Source: Candidatus Hodarchaeota archaeon (GTDB lineage Archaea > Asgardarchaeota > Heimdallarchaeia > Hodarchaeales > Hodarchaeaceae). From it: a stretch of 64,000 nucleotides of DNA. Positions within the stretch are counted from its first letter, which is position 1. Each line of letters opens with the position of its first letter. Position numbers and translations under genes: made by a program. Shown piece after piece: positions 48,123-57,609 of the stretch. The stretch is taken from assembly GCA_016840035.1 (NCBI GenBank), contig JAEOTC010000031.1, forward strand, positions 15,917-79,916. The letters are read 5' to 3'. Below the pieces are notes generated by a model. It worked only from the letters and a program-made list of their open reading frames with translations. It ran no database searches and was not told the DNA's origin.

Positions 48123-51100
48123 TCAATTTCCTCCCATGTAAGAGTCTAATTGACCCAGAACATCTGTTTTTCTACGTAAACGTATATTTGATCGTATTTT
48201 TTTGATTTTCGCGGCCGATAATCCATGTGTTTTCTTCAAATCATCATCAGGCCAGTAAATAAAATCAATTATCCTCGTTACCCCTTTCTTTACTAATTCT
48301 TGAGCCGATGGTATTGGAAGCTCTGCTAATTTTACAACAGGTGTTTCTAGGTCAGAGATACAGGCATTCAATAATTTCCCTGGTACTAACTCATTAGGTA
48401 TTAACTCCGCATACCTTTTGCCATAGAAATACAAATCCTCAATATTTGTAATTCCAAACTCACCTAATGGTTCGTAGTATTGCTCAGAGAGGCGGATAAA
48501 ATTCTGGATTGGTGTTCCGAGATTCTTCTTACGTTTCAGGTCTGTCAGATTAACCTTTCTATATTTAGAAATTTCGTATCTCTTAACTTCAAGAATTTCT
48601 GCTAATTCATCCTTATTCCAGAATAAAAACTCTATGATCGAAGTCAACCCCACATTAAATAGGAGTGGGATCTTTTCAGGAAAAGTTTCCTTTACAAGGG
48701 GTAATACCGCTACAGGTTTTTCTAATACACGTTTGACTCCATCGATTGCTGGTATAAGGGATTTTGGGCATCTTTCTAAATCTAGTCTAAAGTACAGATC
48801 AATAACGTTATCAACGCCAAGTTCCTGGATTTTTGAGAGTTGATTGGGAGTGAAAGCTCGCAGAGATGATAGTTTTACCCTGAACTCTGACTCTGTTTTT
48901 TTGTGTGTTAAAATATCTACTAAATTTACCGAGTTCCTGGCAAAATTATATGTTTCCTCGGATAATAAATTAGTTGGTCCTTCTAATTGAGAAAATTCAG
49001 TCTGAATTAGATTATAAACTGATGTAATACCGTTGAACGCAAGTGGAACTACATTAGAGGAGGGTACAAGTGAGTAGTAAGCAAGTGATGAGTTCAAGGC
49101 ATCTCGTAGACCATTTAATCTAGATTTAAATTGGTCAGATGCATCGATTGTTTCGATCTCTATGAAGAGAAGATCTTCTAAAGTATTAACATTATGAGAC
49201 GACAATTCATCAAAATCAATAAACCCAGCCTCAACGACACTAGATATAGATATTTCAGTGTCAAATGTACTTCCTGTGGCCTTAAAATCAAAGCTTTGCT
49301 TAAGCTTATTCACCTCTTCAGTCTTCATCCGTAAAATAGTTGATATTCCATCATTAGGCCCAGAAAACCAAGTGGAGAGAGTATTAATCCCCGAATTTGA
49401 CAATTTTCTTAACTCTGCAACTTGAAAATCTTCTGAAAGTCTGTTTATTGGACTATCAAAAATTTGGAGAAATTCGGTTACTCCTTCTAGTTGGGTAACA
49501 ATTGAACTAAACATAATTAATGATTGTAGTGAAGTAATATTCTTGTCAGAAAGACTTTCGATTGTTTTAGAGGGTAATTGATCCGAGAATTTTGTTAAAG
49601 GTATTGCTTCTTCCTCTAGCTTCTTCATTAGTGTAGCAAATGTAATATCGTTGAGAACAGAGCGTATTTTTGGGAAGGATGCCGAAACAAGTGATGCCAA
49701 ATCTCGATGGGTTAATTTAATGAAGTCACCTACATGGAGCACAGATTTTTCCTTAAGCGGGAAGAACCATTCTACTGGAAGTGAGGGAATAAAACTGATA
49801 GGTATTGATAATAGTTGTTTTAGCTCCTCAAAATTTAAGGTGTCTAACTCCGAGTAAAAAGTTTCAGGAGACTGGTCTAATATCGTAGTCAACTTTTCTA
49901 TGCCAGTGGAATAAGCATCTCTTATTGTATCTATTTTCTTTTGTTTTAATAGTTTTACACGTTCATTATTTGCCCCCAGAACTAGGTATAGGGGAACAGA
50001 TAAGATTGTAAATAGTTCACTCCACAGATCAGATGTAATTCGGATTATTTTCTCTTTTTGTTTTTTCAAGAATAATGTCTCATCAATGCTGGCTAGTAAG
50101 TCATATATGGTTCTTAATTTCTTATCCTTGATTTTGGTTAAATAATCAGATGGAAATTTTATTTTATCCACAGAAAGTCCTTTTAATAAACTTATTATCT
50201 CATTGATTCGAATAGATTCCTGAATTTTCTTTATTCTATCAATTTCAACCCCAGTTTTCTGATTCAAATCCTCCCATGAATCTATCATCAAATCAAAAAT
50301 TGTAAATATGTTCTTTTTATGAAATGCGTTAACTTCAGATGAATTAATGATTGTACTTGTCTCAATAGGCATTTCAAGTACTAATCGAGCATCGAGTATG
50401 GTTTGCCATTCCAGATCACTATCCTCTATCGTCTTAGGAGTAGCTGTATAATAGAGGTCAGCCAAACTTTCGATTCCATATCGGGCAAATTTCCTAACGG
50501 TGTTTTTATCGAATAATGAGATTTTAGTTAAGGGGATCATCTTTTCCTCCTTAATTGTCTTGATATTTGTAAAGTTCAAATCTTGTTTCATTGTTTTCAG
50601 TACTTCTGAATCTATCTCAATTATATTAGTAAGTTGTTCATCTGAAGTGGTTAAAAAGTCGTAAATTGAGATAATATTCTCTTCAGCCAAAGAACGGTTT
50701 TGTTTTCTAGATAGACCTTCGATAATAGAAGCAGAGGTCTCTGTAGACTCCCTCAATTTTAGGAGATTGACTTTCTTCCGAAGATTCTCGACATTCTCTG
50801 GAGGTGTATCCAAAACATTTGACAGTTCGTTTGGCGATGATATCAAAAAGCGTAGAATTGTGTCAAGTCTATAATTAACAAGTTTATCCACATATTTCTG
50901 GGGAATAATACCGTTGAGATAAGTGATAGGGAGATCAAGTGATTCAACACTTTTCTTGACATAGGGAAAATCTAAATCATCTTCCTCATCTAACATATCC
51001 TCATTTGCACTAAAGTACAGATCCTCTACAGTTTCGATACCATAATTAGTTAACGTCGAAATTGTCTTACGATTGTAACCAGCAACTTGTTCTAAGGGCA

Positions 51101-54100
51101 TACCATGCTCTTTGATTGCAACAGCTTGTTTGAGTTCATCTATTTGTTTAAGTGTAACTTTTAGAATGGTTTTTAGCTCATTCGGAGGCCAGTAAATTAG
51201 TTTAATGATCTGATCAATTCCATTATTAGCTAAACCCTCCAAACCATCATGAGAAACCCGTATTTGCGATTTATCAGAACTACCCTGTAATTGAATCATA
51301 GCAATTGGGGTTTCTAGTATTCTTTGATATCGTTCAATTTTTTTCCATTTAACACCCATTACTCCGAATGTTTGCTTATCCGCACAAAAATAAACGCTTT
51401 CTACTGTGGAATATCCCCTAGATTTTAAAGTTTTCATTTCAGCAGCAGTAAATACCCCGAGGTCTATCAGAGCCATTCCTTCGGAAAATTTTGGTATGTT
51501 GTTGGTTAATTCTGATACGTAATCTGCATCCCGGCCTAATATTCCAGCAATTTCATCTGGAGACCATGTGAGAAAATCAATGAATGACTTTATCCCACCA
51601 GCTCTCAAACTATTTACCCATCTTGGCCGAATATGCGATAAACGGGTTATAGGGGTATTAAAGAGCTCAGTTAGCCTATTAGTTTCTTTTTGGCTTAAGT
51701 TTAGATCTTTTATCTCTTCGTCCTCATAAGGAAGACTGTAATATAACTCTTGGACGCTCAGGCCTGATTCAAATAATCTAACCCATGATTTTTGTTCTAG
51801 ATTATTCTTTAGGATGGAAATCGGACGTTTCTTCATCTCGATTTGATTTTGTATTCCCTCGAAAGTAATTTTGCTTTTAATATCCTCAATAATTTTATAA
51901 GAAATCCCTGATTTTCTGTGTAAATCATAATCTGGCCAGATCAGGAAATTAATAACTTTAGATATTCCCAAATGATGCAGTAGCCTATAGTATTTACTGG
52001 GGATTGGTAAATAACATATAGGTTCATTTAATTGCCCTAACATCTCTTTAACTTTATCAGATAGGATTTTGGGCTTGATCTTGTCTTGTGAGACGACTGA
52101 AATCAACTCTTCAAGACACAAAATATCTAAAGACTCTAATTTACCGGCAATAGAATTATCTAGAAGACTAATTGGTGTTCCATAAGTTCGTTTTATTGTT
52201 TCTAATACTAGTGGGTCCATTCCTTCTATTTTTCGTAATTCCTCTGTCGAATGACTAATGAAGTCAAAAATTGTAGATATTCCATTTTGAATTAGAACTC
52301 GTTCTAACTCTAAATCGAGCCAATATGCTCTTTTAATAGGTACTGGATCAAACGCTGCATTAATCTCTTCAAGAATTTCATCTTGTTTAAGTAATATTAA
52401 AGAATCTATCAACCCTCGTACAATGAGTAGCTCCTTTTCATCAGTTAATAGAAAATCAATGAAACCTTGAACATTTAATCTTTCCAAATCAGATATCATT
52501 GATTTCTGAATTCCTGGGATTCTAAATAATGATGATTCATCATTATACGACTGTAGAATCTCCTTCAGTTTATTCTTAGACTGAACAATTAAATTATCTA
52601 TTAGCTCGTTCAATTCTGCAAGCTTTTCAGAGGGCGAATTCAGAAAATCCTTGATTTTCGAGATTTTTCTACCCCGCAATTTGGGTGTAACCTTGTAATC
52701 CATCCAGTCAAACGTCGAAGCACCTATCACCTTTTCTGGATCTATATATTCTCCTTTCACCCCCGCACGAATTTCTTCTTTTGCGTTTTCAATCAAACGA
52801 ATTGCTAATTTTGGCATGGAGGATAGTTTTTCAGGGAACGATACGAAGTAGCCTAAAATAGTACTGATTTTTGCACTTTTCAAAACCTTTTCTATATCGC
52901 TTGTTAACCAGGGGAGAAGATTCAAGGCGAAAGTATCTTCAGAAGCAAAATTGAGAAATTCATCAATTGCTTTAAGCTTTGTCTCGTAAATAAGCTTCTC
53001 AGGAAAATCGTCCACTTCACGAAGCTGTGATGTTGGTGTAGAGAAGAAATCAAATGTGTTTACTATCCATCGTTTATTAAAAGCCTTATGGATCGTGTTA
53101 CTCGTTCTATACTTCGAAAAATCTCGCTCAATTCCTTTAGAGAAGAATTCAAAATCCCGAATTATTGGAGAACGATATGTTTGTTCTTGTTTAGTTACAG
53201 TCTTTCTTACGATTGCATCTATCCTTTCCACTGACATCCCAGTGATAGCATTTAGTTCTGGGACAGGTGTTCGTAAAAAATGGTAGATTGTTTGGATGCC
53301 ATTTTCTACAAGTTTAAGGTGAATATCCATAGGAAGCCATTCACCAACTGTAGATATTTGAGGACTAGGAGGGTACGATCTTCTTACTAGTCGTGGGATG
53401 GCTGATGCAAGCGCTTTCTGTAATTTGGAAATCTCCTCTCCTGAAGATAACAAATAGGGAGAATTTTCGGTTGTTAAAATGTGTGATAAGTTTTGAATTA
53501 CCCTTGGGGCTGCGCTCTCAAATCGAGATTGTCTCTGTCTTTCCCTTCTTTCTCGTTCGGCTCTTCCAAGATGTTGACCTAATCCCCTTGCTAATTTTTT
53601 CAAGACACGGTTGATCTGATTACGAAGTTCATCAACATCTGCGATATACTCTTTGCTTGTCTCAGGAAAAGGAATTTTGGAGGAAACCACTGATACTACA
53701 ATTGCAATAGGTGCTTTGTTGATATTAATCTTATAATTCTTCCAGTTCATTTTCTGAACACATTTAGAGATAATATCATTTCCCGCACCAAACAGTAAGG
53801 GGATTCTATTGGCAAAACGGTAAATTTTTGGACTTGCACCCCTAGCTCCTTCCTCTTTTGTTAAATTCGGACCACCATAAGCTAAAGCTGCCTCTACAAT
53901 AAAAGGATGACCACTATAGGCAGAAATTTCACCAAAAGTAGCTTTTACAAATTGAGGGGATAATTCTTTACTGATCCCCTTTTCCAATAATTCATATCCA
54001 AGGGGAGATAATGAATCGCCACTAGGTCGTTTAAAAGAGAAATATTTCTTTTCTTTCTTCTTTGTTTTATCGCGTTCAGGGACTGTGAATCCTTCATGAA

Positions 54101-55079
54101 CGATTCTTCGAATTGCAGTGGCGCTAAGTTTCTTAGGGTCTGTTTGATGCTCAATCTTAACAAAATCTAAAAAATCACGAGCTGTCTTAGGGCCAATTCC
54201 TTGAAAATGATCTTGTAAGAAAATCTCCATTGTCTCACTGCTAGTGACACTTAATTCCCGTTTAAATTGCGTAATATCTGTTCCCCAAGGATGAACCTTC
54301 GCAATTTGAGGATAGTTTGGCATCTCCTCGACAACACGTTCCAATTCAATTGGAGATTCAGAATCAGGATACTGGATGTAAAAACTAGCATATGGAGTAA
54401 TCATTGCTAGTTGAGAGAAATAGTCGTAAATATAACGAGAAGCGAGATTCCAAGCTCCAGTGAAGGTGACAGATACTTCAGTACCAGATTCATCTATCGC
54501 TTCTGCGGTATTCTGCGGAATTTCACGTTGAGTGAGTATTATCGGCTCATTCTCGGCTAAGTTAATCATCAACTCATGATAACTTGTAAAATCTTCGTTT
54601 ATATATTTGGATTTAATGACTAGAGGTAAGTCCACTGATGACATCGCATTTAATAATACCATCTTCGCCCCTAGACCGAATCGTCCTCGTGATTGTCGAG
54701 CTCCATAATTACTGCCTGTTAGAACTCTACCAAAAAGAGGAGGTATAAATTCTGACTGGATTCCACTCCCATTATCCTTGACAGTTAATCTGAGGAAGTC
54801 TAGTTTTTCAGAGGACTCGAAAGAGCTTATATTGAGTAGCTTTGCGATTTCTTCTTTCTTTAATTTCTTAATTGTGACATGGAGTTCTGGTAAATGACCC
54901 ATCCTTTCTGCAGCATCTAGTCCATTTTCAACTAATTCACGAACACTTGTGAAGACTACCCTCATACTGTTATCGAAACCCGCGATTGCTTTGTTATCCT
55001 GGAAAAAGTCTGCTGCGGATCTTCTTACTACCTTTTCACTAGCAATTCCTTTCTTATTCGACTTTGAGGCAGGTACCAT
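48123..55079 (-). CDS. top6B: giant DNA topoisomerase VI subunit B with ~1750-aa C-terminal repeat region
   Basis: AGFDNSMR, GHKL ELVENGLDA, DNGSG, QSRGRFGLG, SGTEV; H2TH FQGIGPKTA; transducer GHPFIVEA, RFANRIPL, SKEYIA; single 2318-aa ORF. Confidence 0.93.
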   Translation of the reverse strand: MVPASKSNKKGIASEKVVRRSAADFFQDNKAIAGFDNSMRVVFTSVRELVENGLDAAERMGHLPELHVTIKKLKKEEIAKLLNISSFESSEKLDFLRLTVKDNGSGIQSEFIPPLFGRVLTGSNYGARQSRGRFGLGAKMVLLNAMSSVDLPLVIKSKYINEDFTSYHELMINLAENEPIILTQREIPQNTAEAIDESGTEVSVTFTGAWNLASRYIYDYFSQLAMITPYASFYIQYPDSESPIELERVVEEMPNYPQIAKVHPWGTDITQFKRELSVTSSETMEIFLQDHFQGIGPKTARDFLDFVKIEHQTDPKKLSATAIRRIVHEGFTVPERDKTKKKEKKYFSFKRPSGDSLSPLGYELLEKGISKELSPQFVKATFGEISAYSGHPFIVEAALAYGGPNLTKEEGARGASPKIYRFANRIPLLFGAGNDIISKCVQKMNWKNYKININKAPIAIVVSVVSSKIPFPETSKEYIADVDELRNQINRVLKKLARGLGQHLGRAERERRERQRQSRFESAAPRVIQNLSHILTTENSPYLLSSGEEISKLQKALASAIPRLVRRSYPPSPQISTVGEWLPMDIHLKLVENGIQTIYHFLRTPVPELNAITGMSVERIDAIVRKTVTKQEQTYRSPIIRDFEFFSKGIERDFSKYRTSNTIHKAFNKRWIVNTFDFFSTPTSQLREVDDFPEKLIYETKLKAIDEFLNFASEDTFALNLLPWLTSDIEKVLKSAKISTILGYFVSFPEKLSSMPKLAIRLIENAKEEIRAGVKGEYIDPEKVIGASTFDWMDYKVTPKLRGRKISKIKDFLNSPSEKLAELNELIDNLIVQSKNKLKEILQSYNDESSLFRIPGIQKSMISDLERLNVQGFIDFLLTDEKELLIVRGLIDSLILLKQDEILEEINAAFDPVPIKRAYWLDLELERVLIQNGISTIFDFISHSTEELRKIEGMDPLVLETIKRTYGTPISLLDNSIAGKLESLDILCLEELISVVSQDKIKPKILSDKVKEMLGQLNEPICYLPIPSKYYRLLHHLGISKVINFLIWPDYDLHRKSGISYKIIEDIKSKITFEGIQNQIEMKKRPISILKNNLEQKSWVRLFESGLSVQELYYSLPYEDEEIKDLNLSQKETNRLTELFNTPITRLSHIRPRWVNSLRAGGIKSFIDFLTWSPDEIAGILGRDADYVSELTNNIPKFSEGMALIDLGVFTAAEMKTLKSRGYSTVESVYFCADKQTFGVMGVKWKKIERYQRILETPIAMIQLQGSSDKSQIRVSHDGLEGLANNGIDQIIKLIYWPPNELKTILKVTLKQIDELKQAVAIKEHGMPLEQVAGYNRKTISTLTNYGIETVEDLYFSANEDMLDEEDDLDFPYVKKSVESLDLPITYLNGIIPQKYVDKLVNYRLDTILRFLISSPNELSNVLDTPPENVENLRKKVNLLKLRESTETSASIIEGLSRKQNRSLAEENIISIYDFLTTSDEQLTNIIEIDSEVLKTMKQDLNFTNIKTIKEEKMIPLTKISLFDKNTVRKFARYGIESLADLYYTATPKTIEDSDLEWQTILDARLVLEMPIETSTIINSSEVNAFHKKNIFTIFDLMIDSWEDLNQKTGVEIDRIKKIQESIRINEIISLLKGLSVDKIKFPSDYLTKIKDKKLRTIYDLLASIDETLFLKKQKEKIIRITSDLWSELFTILSVPLYLVLGANNERVKLLKQKKIDTIRDAYSTGIEKLTTILDQSPETFYSELDTLNFEELKQLLSIPISFIPSLPVEWFFPLKEKSVLHVGDFIKLTHRDLASLVSASFPKIRSVLNDITFATLMKKLEEEAIPLTKFSDQLPSKTIESLSDKNITSLQSLIMFSSIVTQLEGVTEFLQIFDSPINRLSEDFQVAELRKLSNSGINTLSTWFSGPNDGISTILRMKTEEVNKLKQSFDFKATGSTFDTEISISSVVEAGFIDFDELSSHNVNTLEDLLFIEIETIDASDQFKSRLNGLRDALNSSLAYYSLVPSSNVVPLAFNGITSVYNLIQTEFSQLEGPTNLLSEETYNFARNSVNLVDILTHKKTESEFRVKLSSLRAFTPNQLSKIQELGVDNVIDLYFRLDLERCPKSLIPAIDGVKRVLEKPVAVLPLVKETFPEKIPLLFNVGLTSIIEFLFWNKDELAEILEVKRYEISKYRKVNLTDLKRKKNLGTPIQNFIRLSEQYYEPLGEFGITNIEDLYFYGKRYAELIPNELVPGKLLNACISDLETPVVKLAELPIPSAQELVKKGVTRIIDFIYWPDDDLKKTHGLSAAKIKKIRSNIRLRRKTDVLGQLDSYMGGN
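48170..53365 (-). repeat. about 28 degenerate protein-level tandem repeats (~55-70 aa, HhH-like) within top6B
   Basis: Recurrent pattern xPI..L.........L...GI.TI.DFL......L..I.G.....I..I, e.g. TPVVKLAELPIPSAQELVKKGVTRIIDFIYWPDDDLKKTHGLSAAKIKKI and VPIKRAYWLDLELERVLIQNGISTIFDFISHSTEELRKIEGMDPLVLETI. Counted by eye. Confidence 0.85.
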
Positions 55080-57587
55080 TTAAGCATCTCCCTTGTTAGA
55101 ATTACCACTAGCTATTAACGCAACGGATGAAATTTTCACACCACTCTCCTTTTCCAAGCGCATTAAAGTGACTCCAGAGGTTGCACGGCCTATAGCACGT
55201 ATGTCTTTCATCTGCATCTGTATTAATTTCCCATCATTTGCCACCATTAATAGAAGATCGTCCTCTGTAACACTTTTAACTGCTATCACATCACCATTTC
55301 GTTCTGTTACTTTAATATTGATAACTCCTTTTCCATTACGTCGTGTTACACGATATTTATCAAAAGTAGAGCGTTTTCCATAACCATTTTCGCAAACAGT
55401 TAATAAAGTTCGATTTTCATCGACAATAGCTAAGTCTACAACAGAATCATCTGAATTCAGTCTAATTCCCATAACTCCCAAACTGCTTCTCCCGACTACA
55501 CGCACATCTGACTCTTTGAAACGAATGGCCTTTCCCTTCTTAGTAGCTAAAATGATTCCTCGATTTCCATCTGTGACCTTTGCACCAATTATGTTATCAT
55601 CTTCCCGTAGTTTTTGTGCAATAATCCCAGTAGAGCGAATATTTTCGTATTCTGAAAGAGAAGACTTTTTTATTAACCCATTTTTGGTCGCTAAAATCAG
55701 GTAATGGTCTGGAACGAATTTTTTAACACGAATCATCCCTACAATCTTATCACTCCTATCCATTCTAAGTAAATTAACAATATTAACCCCTTTTGTCACT
55801 CTTTGCCTAGAAATGGGAATTCCAAATCCACGAACACGATAAACACGCCCTTGCACAGTGAAAAATAAGATGGTGTCATGAGTTGAAGCAACAATCATTT
55901 CCTGTAGAAAATCATCCTTTCCGATTTCCATTGATTTGATTCCTTTTCCCCCACGGTGCTGTGAATTATACACATCAGTAGATATTGATTTAATATATCC
56001 ATTTGATGTTAATGTAATCACTATATCTTCTTCTGTGATGAAATCCTCTTCAGTCTTATCTGTCCAATTTTCATATCCATCAGAGTCATCTAAAACAATC
56101 ATTGTTCTTCTAGGATCACCATATTTCGATTTAATAGTATCAATTTCGGATACAATAATCCCCATGATCCGTTCTTCACTGGCTAATATATCTTCATAAT
56201 CCTTTATTGCTTGAAGAACTTCTTTATATTCTTGTAAAATTTTATCCCGATCAAATCGAGTTAAACTTCTGAGTGGTAACGCGAGAATATCCTTCGCTTG
56301 GATTTCAGACAAAGAAAACCTGTTTATCAAAGCGGATTGCGCTTCAGATGCGTTAGAAGATCCTCTGATGAGCTCCACTACATCATCAAGATTCTCAACA
56401 ACAATTTTTCTCCCCTCCAAAATATGTGCTCTCTCTCTGGCCTTCTTTAGATCGAACTCAGTTCTTCTCACAACAACTTCATGCCTATGATCAATGAATT
56501 GAGTAAGAAGCTGCTTCAAATTCAGATTTTTTGGTCTTATCTTGACCTCATCACCAACTTTGGCATCCACAAGAACCATATTCTTGATAGAATAAGAGGT
56601 CTGCATCGGTGTAAATTTAAATAAGCGATTTAACACTACTTCAACATTAGCAGATTGTTTTAGGTTGACAACAATACGTGTACCACGAATGATATTGGAT
56701 TCATTTTTCACGCTACCAATCTCTGGAAATTTTCCTGCTTCCTTCATCCGTTCAATTATATCGACTAAACCACGATGTTCTATCGTATCCTGCCGTTTTA
56801 CTAAATATGGAACCTCAGTAATAATAATGCGAGTTCGATTCTTCTTTTCCTCTATATCGTACTTTGCACGTAAGATTACATTACCAGTTCCAGTATGATA
56901 AGCCCGTTTGATCCCTCCAGTTCCAAAGATTACACCTCCAGTCGGAAAATCAGGACCTGGGATGTACTTCATTAACTCTGATATACTAATATCTGGGTCT
57001 TTTATAACAGCTTTCACTCCGTCTAAAACCTCACTTAGATTATGAGGAGGCATGGAGGTAGCCATTCCCACGGCAATTCCCATAACTCCGTTAATTAGAA
57101 GATTAGGAATTTTTGCTGGAAGCACTACTGGTTCCTTATCTAAACCATCAAAATTGTCAATTAGATCCACAGTATTCTTGTTGATGTCCATTAACAGTTC
57201 ATTTGCGATCTCCGCCATTCTTGCTTCCGTATATCGTTGTGCAGCTGCAGGTTGTCCGTCCATACTGCCAAAATTTCCTTGACCTTGGATCAACGGATAT
57301 CGGAGGGAAAATGGTTGTGCTAATCGTACTAATGCATCGTAAACGGCATTTCCTCCATGAGGATGATATTTTGCACTCGTTTCCCCGATCGTACGTGCAC
57401 ATTTTCTGGGTGGTCTATTATGAGTCAAACCCAAGTTGTGCATAGCCCACAAGATTCGCCTATGTACAGGTTTTAAACCATCTCTTACATGTGGAAGAGC
57501 TCTACTTGTAATTACAGACATCGAATACTCCAAATAGCTTTTGGACATAGTTTTTTCAATAGGAGTGATTCTAATATTACTACTCAT
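55080..57587 (-). CDS. gyrA: DNA gyrase subunit A
   Basis: RALPHVRDGLKPVHRR, AAQRYTEARM (catalytic Tyr), GIAVGMAT, GyrA-box QHRGGKG and C-terminal pinwheel blades; ATG 57587 preferred. Confidence 0.96.
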   Translation of the reverse strand: MSSNIRITPIEKTMSKSYLEYSMSVITSRALPHVRDGLKPVHRRILWAMHNLGLTHNRPPRKCARTIGETSAKYHPHGGNAVYDALVRLAQPFSLRYPLIQGQGNFGSMDGQPAAAQRYTEARMAEIANELLMDINKNTVDLIDNFDGLDKEPVVLPAKIPNLLINGVMGIAVGMATSMPPHNLSEVLDGVKAVIKDPDISISELMKYIPGPDFPTGGVIFGTGGIKRAYHTGTGNVILRAKYDIEEKKNRTRIIITEVPYLVKRQDTIEHRGLVDIIERMKEAGKFPEIGSVKNESNIIRGTRIVVNLKQSANVEVVLNRLFKFTPMQTSYSIKNMVLVDAKVGDEVKIRPKNLNLKQLLTQFIDHRHEVVVRRTEFDLKKARERAHILEGRKIVVENLDDVVELIRGSSNASEAQSALINRFSLSEIQAKDILALPLRSLTRFDRDKILQEYKEVLQAIKDYEDILASEERIMGIIVSEIDTIKSKYGDPRRTMIVLDDSDGYENWTDKTEEDFITEEDIVITLTSNGYIKSISTDVYNSQHRGGKGIKSMEIGKDDFLQEMIVASTHDTILFFTVQGRVYRVRGFGIPISRQRVTKGVNIVNLLRMDRSDKIVGMIRVKKFVPDHYLILATKNGLIKKSSLSEYENIRSTGIIAQKLREDDNIIGAKVTDGNRGIILATKKGKAIRFKESDVRVVGRSSLGVMGIRLNSDDSVVDLAIVDENRTLLTVCENGYGKRSTFDKYRVTRRNGKGVINIKVTERNGDVIAVKSVTEDDLLLMVANDGKLIQMQMKDIRAIGRATSGVTLMRLEKESGVKISSVALIASGNSNKGDA

Positions 57588-57609
57588 CTTTAATACGTCC
57601 CTCAAGTCA

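Noticed and set aside
48123-48140. Top6B C-terminus MGGN as a ubiquitin-like di-Gly
   Set aside because: The GG is not terminal and follows helical repeats, not a beta-grasp domain.
48170-53365. Top6B tail as an assembly artefact, intein or DNA tandem repeat
   Set aside because: The repeats are strongly diverged and visible only at protein level; no intein splice or LAGLIDADG motifs were seen, and the tail lies after the complete catalytic core.
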